From IMG/VR virus record IMGVR_UViG_2693429768_000001, positions 12,099-76,098 of that record: a stretch of 64,000 nucleotides of DNA, one strand, 5' to 3'. The translations under genes and the position numbers were made by a program. Below are positions 61,101 through 64,000 of the stretch, one piece after another. Numbering within the stretch: the first letter of the stretch is position 1; every line of letters starts with the position of its first letter. The stretch is from a virus (Duplodnaviria; Heunggongvirae; Uroviricota; Caudoviricetes). The notes below the pieces were generated by a model, which ran no database searches, had not been told where the DNA came from, and worked only from the letters and a program-made list of their open reading frames with translations.

Positions 61101-63809
61101 CATATCCCTGATTATTGAGAAGATCGGACGGGCTTTCTCGTGCTCAATCACTCCGTCTTCATCGACCGAGGTCGTTACGCCATTGTTGGCTTTGGCCGCC
61201 GCTTCCGCCTGCTGACGCAATTCTTCATACGCCGCCAGTTGTTCTTCAGTAAGTGGTGCATCCTGCTGGTGTTCGTCCAGCTCCGGGATCTCCACGGTAT
61301 CCTTAACGTCTTCCGCCGTTTTAAGCGTTGTCCAGCGATGGAATATGCCGCGCAGCGCATCAAGGTTTTCAAAGCCCACCAGCGCCATTTTTTCTTCAAC
61401 TTCACCGCTGATTTTCTGTACCGTTTCCAGCCTGGTCTTGCCGAAGAATTTAACGAAGTCATCAGGACCGTAGATCCCCATCTTCTGCCAGTATTCCTTC
61501 GGCAGAACATGAGAAAGCATGTTGTATGCATCGATCGGGGTGTTAACGACTGGCGTTGCAGTCAGGAGAACCGGTCCACGCCCACCATTCTTTTTCATCA
61601 GGTACGCGTTTTTGATTGCCATATCTCGCGCCGATTGCGCCACCGCGCTGGTGGGCAGATAGGCCAGCTGTGACGCTTCGCGACCATTTTTATAGCTATT
61701 GCGGTAGTTGTGGCCTTCGTCAGCAATCACGCTGTCGAAGCCCATATCCTCAAAGTACGGATACTTCTCTGCTTTTTCGGTACCGGTATCTGAATACTCC
61801 GACAATACCCGGCGACGCGCCGCCTCTTTGCGATGGGAATCGGAGTCCATTGCGCTGGCCACACGCCCGGCAGCAACGAAGTCATAAAGCATGTCTTGTG
61901 CATGCTCATCTACGGTGTCATCACGTAGCGGAATGCGGGCGTATTGTTCTTTGGTAAACACGACTGCACGGTAGTTTGAGTGCGGGATCGCGTTCATCCG
62001 CGCCGTGATAGTGGCTTCATCTGCCAGCTTAAGGGCATCGCGCATAACGGGAGTGCCATCTGCACCAACGACAGGTTTACCGTTCTCATCGAGCACCGGC
62101 ACCTGGCGAATCTGATCGCCATCCATCAGCACATCAAGACCGACGAACAGGTAGTTACTGAATGCCTCTTCACTCAGAAACTCTTTTGCTTCGTAATACC
62201 AGTTTTCCAGCACTGATTTAGGCACTACATACGCAGTACGGGTGGAACGACCGTTCTCATAGTTGAACGCCTCAAGCGCCAGCGCGGTCGTGGTTTTACC
62301 CAGCCCGGTGCCGAAGCCCAGGATGCCGCGCCCATCTTCGGACAGTCGGCGCACCTCGCTATTCTGGTAATCAAATGGCTGACGCTTACCGCTTAATCCC
62401 TTCAACCCAAGCGGATCACCAGAGTGTTCATACGGAATATTGCTATTGAAAACATCGTTGTATTTGGCAACCAGCTCATCGTAGCGATCGTGCGTCTTGA
62501 TCCACTTATTGAACTGGTCCTCAAGCAGTGCCATCTGCTCGCGGTAGCCGTTCGCCGTCGCGCTATCTTTGCCACCGATACGCGCACCATTGAGATACTT
62601 TTCCAGCTGTGCCGGGAACCCGGTCGCGTTTTCACCTGATTTACGGTCCCACTCGTAGTGGATCTCGCCTGTTTCTTTATCCTTGCGCTGGACGACACCG
62701 TATCGGTGCCCGACGAACAGACCATCACCACCGTGATAGGTGTCAGAAACCATTTCGTCGCCTTCCAGCTGCACTGACTGCACATAGCGCAGATCCGGAT
62801 AGCCGTTTTCCTGCAAAAACTCCAGAATGACGGAGCGGTCGAACCAACGGCTATTGAGCTTAAAGCGGATATTCTCTGCTGGCGTCTTGATGCGCTTCTC
62901 TTCGATCGCTGCCAGCTGATTAAGGACGTTGTTCTTTACTGGACCGTCGGGGAGTGTGGCAAGGAATTCCTGTTTTGGAGCCACTATCTCGTTAATGTCG
63001 CCGCTGGTGGCGCGGGCGAACGGAACAATCCCGCCATACGGTGAAACCGCAATGCCAGGGGTGCTGGCCAATAAATTAAGCAACTCGTCATCACTGGCTG
63101 GCAGTTCGCCGGTAAACGCAAGGCGGAAATCATCGAGCTGGATTGGATCGCGAGTGAGATCACTGTAGAGATAACGCAGGGTGTCCTGATAGCTGGTGGA
63201 GTCATAACTTGCGCTGGAATCATGCGTAACCAGCTTTCCTGTCAGCTCGTCAGAAATAGTGCCATCCAGCTTAATTGCACCACGGAAAGCAAACCAGGCG
63301 CGCGCACCGCTCCCCGATAATTTCGCTATCGGACCGCGACCGGGGTTACCAAAACGGTCAATCTCTGCCTGCAAACGGGATACCAGAGAAAGGCGCTGCT
63401 GTTCGATTTGTTCAGCACTATGCCCGGCGGCCTTCATGTCCTGATATTCAATTAACATCCGGCCAATCATCGCCCCGCGATACAAGCGTTCACGGTATTT
63501 TTCAGGCTGGCTGTTAATCCAGTCCACCAGCTGCACCATATCGTCGCTGATTGATGTGGTGTACTTATCGCGGACATTTGCCATCTGGGTAAATGTCATG
63601 CCGAGACGGCCTTCTGTTGTAGTCAGGTTACGCTGAAGAGCCTCCCAGCTATCCGCGCCATAACTGGCAGCATCGATCTTAAGTTCCTTCCCGGCATCAG
63701 CTTCAATCCAGCGACCACCAGCATATTTTTGCCATACGCCATTAATCAGGCGCATTTCCCCTTCATCAACAACATCTGCGGTCGGTAACGGTTCAGCCAT
63801 ATCGAGCAA
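58107..63809 (-). CDS. darB: DarB-like giant SF2 helicase protein; reading frame is closed about 30 codons upstream of the first start codon, so the N-terminal part expected for DarB is missing
   Basis: Helicase motifs GFGTGLGKTT, VIADEGHNY, LLTATPV, QRNGRGARVGS; 1900-codon ORF; in-frame stop near 63899-63901; no DPPY/NPPY MTase motif in the ORF. Confidence 0.65.
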   Translation of the reverse strand: MLDMAEPLPTADVVDEGEMRLINGVWQKYAGGRWIEADAGKELKIDAASYGADSWEALQRNLTTTEGRLGMTFTQMANVRDKYTTSISDDMVQLVDWINSQPEKYRERLYRGAMIGRMLIEYQDMKAAGHSAEQIEQQRLSLVSRLQAEIDRFGNPGRGPIAKLSGSGARAWFAFRGAIKLDGTISDELTGKLVTHDSSASYDSTSYQDTLRYLYSDLTRDPIQLDDFRLAFTGELPASDDELLNLLASTPGIAVSPYGGIVPFARATSGDINEIVAPKQEFLATLPDGPVKNNVLNQLAAIEEKRIKTPAENIRFKLNSRWFDRSVILEFLQENGYPDLRYVQSVQLEGDEMVSDTYHGGDGLFVGHRYGVVQRKDKETGEIHYEWDRKSGENATGFPAQLEKYLNGARIGGKDSATANGYREQMALLEDQFNKWIKTHDRYDELVAKYNDVFNSNIPYEHSGDPLGLKGLSGKRQPFDYQNSEVRRLSEDGRGILGFGTGLGKTTTALALEAFNYENGRSTRTAYVVPKSVLENWYYEAKEFLSEEAFSNYLFVGLDVLMDGDQIRQVPVLDENGKPVVGADGTPVMRDALKLADEATITARMNAIPHSNYRAVVFTKEQYARIPLRDDTVDEHAQDMLYDFVAAGRVASAMDSDSHRKEAARRRVLSEYSDTGTEKAEKYPYFEDMGFDSVIADEGHNYRNSYKNGREASQLAYLPTSAVAQSARDMAIKNAYLMKKNGGRGPVLLTATPVVNTPIDAYNMLSHVLPKEYWQKMGIYGPDDFVKFFGKTRLETVQKISGEVEEKMALVGFENLDALRGIFHRWTTLKTAEDVKDTVEIPELDEHQQDAPLTEEQLAAYEELRQQAEAAAKANNGVTTSVDEDGVIEHEKARPIFSIIRDMDRVCTDMDLYYRRITYRFLPEYADAVQQLADSLPKQATSEDDDSDDSITQQSQYSLIDKGEFIQLQVPEAFEQEVNKRLAKFGIDEQTVTHPVTPKYVKLIATLKEFFPEGKQIIFTDEKTQHQKLKRIICNALNLEPSKVGILNAQTVAEAGKTGKKLKAVKPPKELPDEPTDAQIAKYNEQMALYDAYIAQQNEMSLGGLEKIAADFQEGRTPIIICNKKAEVGINLHRGTTDIHHLTLPWTPASIAQRNGRGARVGSNRASVRVHYYCGKGSFDEYRLKTLKRKAGWISDILRSDKSEMENADANDMIEMQMYTAKDDGERLAMMQVQMDKAKAAQRARQKEQATIDLQNYIKAQHAAGEDVEVLTAELERSKAELEKTTAEVAKFKQAVMAKAADNADWKARWGSVHHTDRTLLAQYRASLKSAIQRKANISQAISRYEKLLNRTQKAATDIKRLRPLVEDAINKGILDVDPDLVNHASEFLVIGDRSWRVGQYYDCAGDIVRIKSLDFDSQRADVEIIFTFKGTKSGNWDVKTLDKQVDVTPDEDAVMQKISGGVSIAGINDIISCDDFYRFQQRGMIKITDSYGVQTTESGYSIDFVGTYTDPLKHAVYPDRRDGALKSSIAKWVLGMMSEGNNRQIRSAETFLVELFGSNYGDVIASYGDTLSPEAIQEKIADAIARMPEKTSQGATRNGDSELEVTNAIFGTNEFRASDYEITTAQFGTIGIYSNKAEIKQAMDAASARIEAEREANLNHAVAALTQSWVTAIREAATTGKITPAIADVVNDGSKFMDAYQMDAVKLPSAYGQLSYRMTYNLVSMFSDLAILGLVDLNEVTPELLSMRKNHVEILQRINTVLAGRTDEEKQADADRINLALGNITEEEIAARNEKQEELSSIQGDATSIAQSLGLNYRVSTADLKMMYAPKFAAGEVFGLQEASGMKGVLFRAKDAIKAKFGARWLPAKAKNSDFPGNWWIIETKHNVADVLAVIQQYA

Positions 63810-64000
63810 AGACCAGTCGATACGACTTTCGAAACGATGAATCAGCTTCGCTTTAAGAGCCTGGTTATCAATCTGCCCGTCGGCACGAACCTCAATAGGG
63901 GTTTAGGGAGCAATGGAACCAAAAACCAACGTAAGAAAAATATCCGCACATTTCATCGAATAGCTCTGAAGTCCAGCGGTACGGAAACGTACGCTAGCAA

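Noticed and set aside
58107-63809. Type I or type III restriction enzyme identity for the giant helicase ORF
   Set aside because: No adjacent specificity or modification subunit genes; size, helicase motif layout and position after lxc/ulx-like genes fit a DarB-like antirestriction protein.
63895-64000. Calling the terminal 100 bp an IS element end
   Set aside because: Too little sequence, and the end does not match IS1, IS26, IS10, IS3 or Tn3 termini as I recall them; reported only as a possible breakpoint.

Overview
The window reads as about 64 kb of a P1-like temperate phage-plasmid. Order along + strand: end of immI (icd, ant1/ant2), lytic replicon kilA-repL, a hok-like toxin module, an AT-rich MazG-like gene, tail tube/sheath and a large virion protein, the plasmid replicon (parS, parB, parA, incA iterons, repA, oriR), a spanin-like pair, hrdC, dmt, four tRNA genes followed by three structured repeats, an SPFH lipoprotein, ban, baseplate-like genes, a long cluster of small pmg/upf-type genes with ppp and two nucleases, hot, LexA box-humD, phd-doc, lpa, pacA (with pac site), pacB, c1, coi, loxP, cre, ref, a SIR2-like gene where reference P1 carries res-mod, lxc/ulx-sized genes, and a 5'-truncated darB-like giant helicase gene. 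RepA, Cre, C1, Doc/Phd and the iterons look P1-type, whereas ParB is clearly diverged. The strongest candidates for undescribed cargo are the AT-rich SIR2-like single gene at the res-mod hotspot and the AT-rich MazG-like/zinc-ribbon gene beside a hok-like toxin. All calls rest on motifs read by eye, recalled P1 protein sequences and synteny; no database search or computation was run, and many start codons are uncertain.
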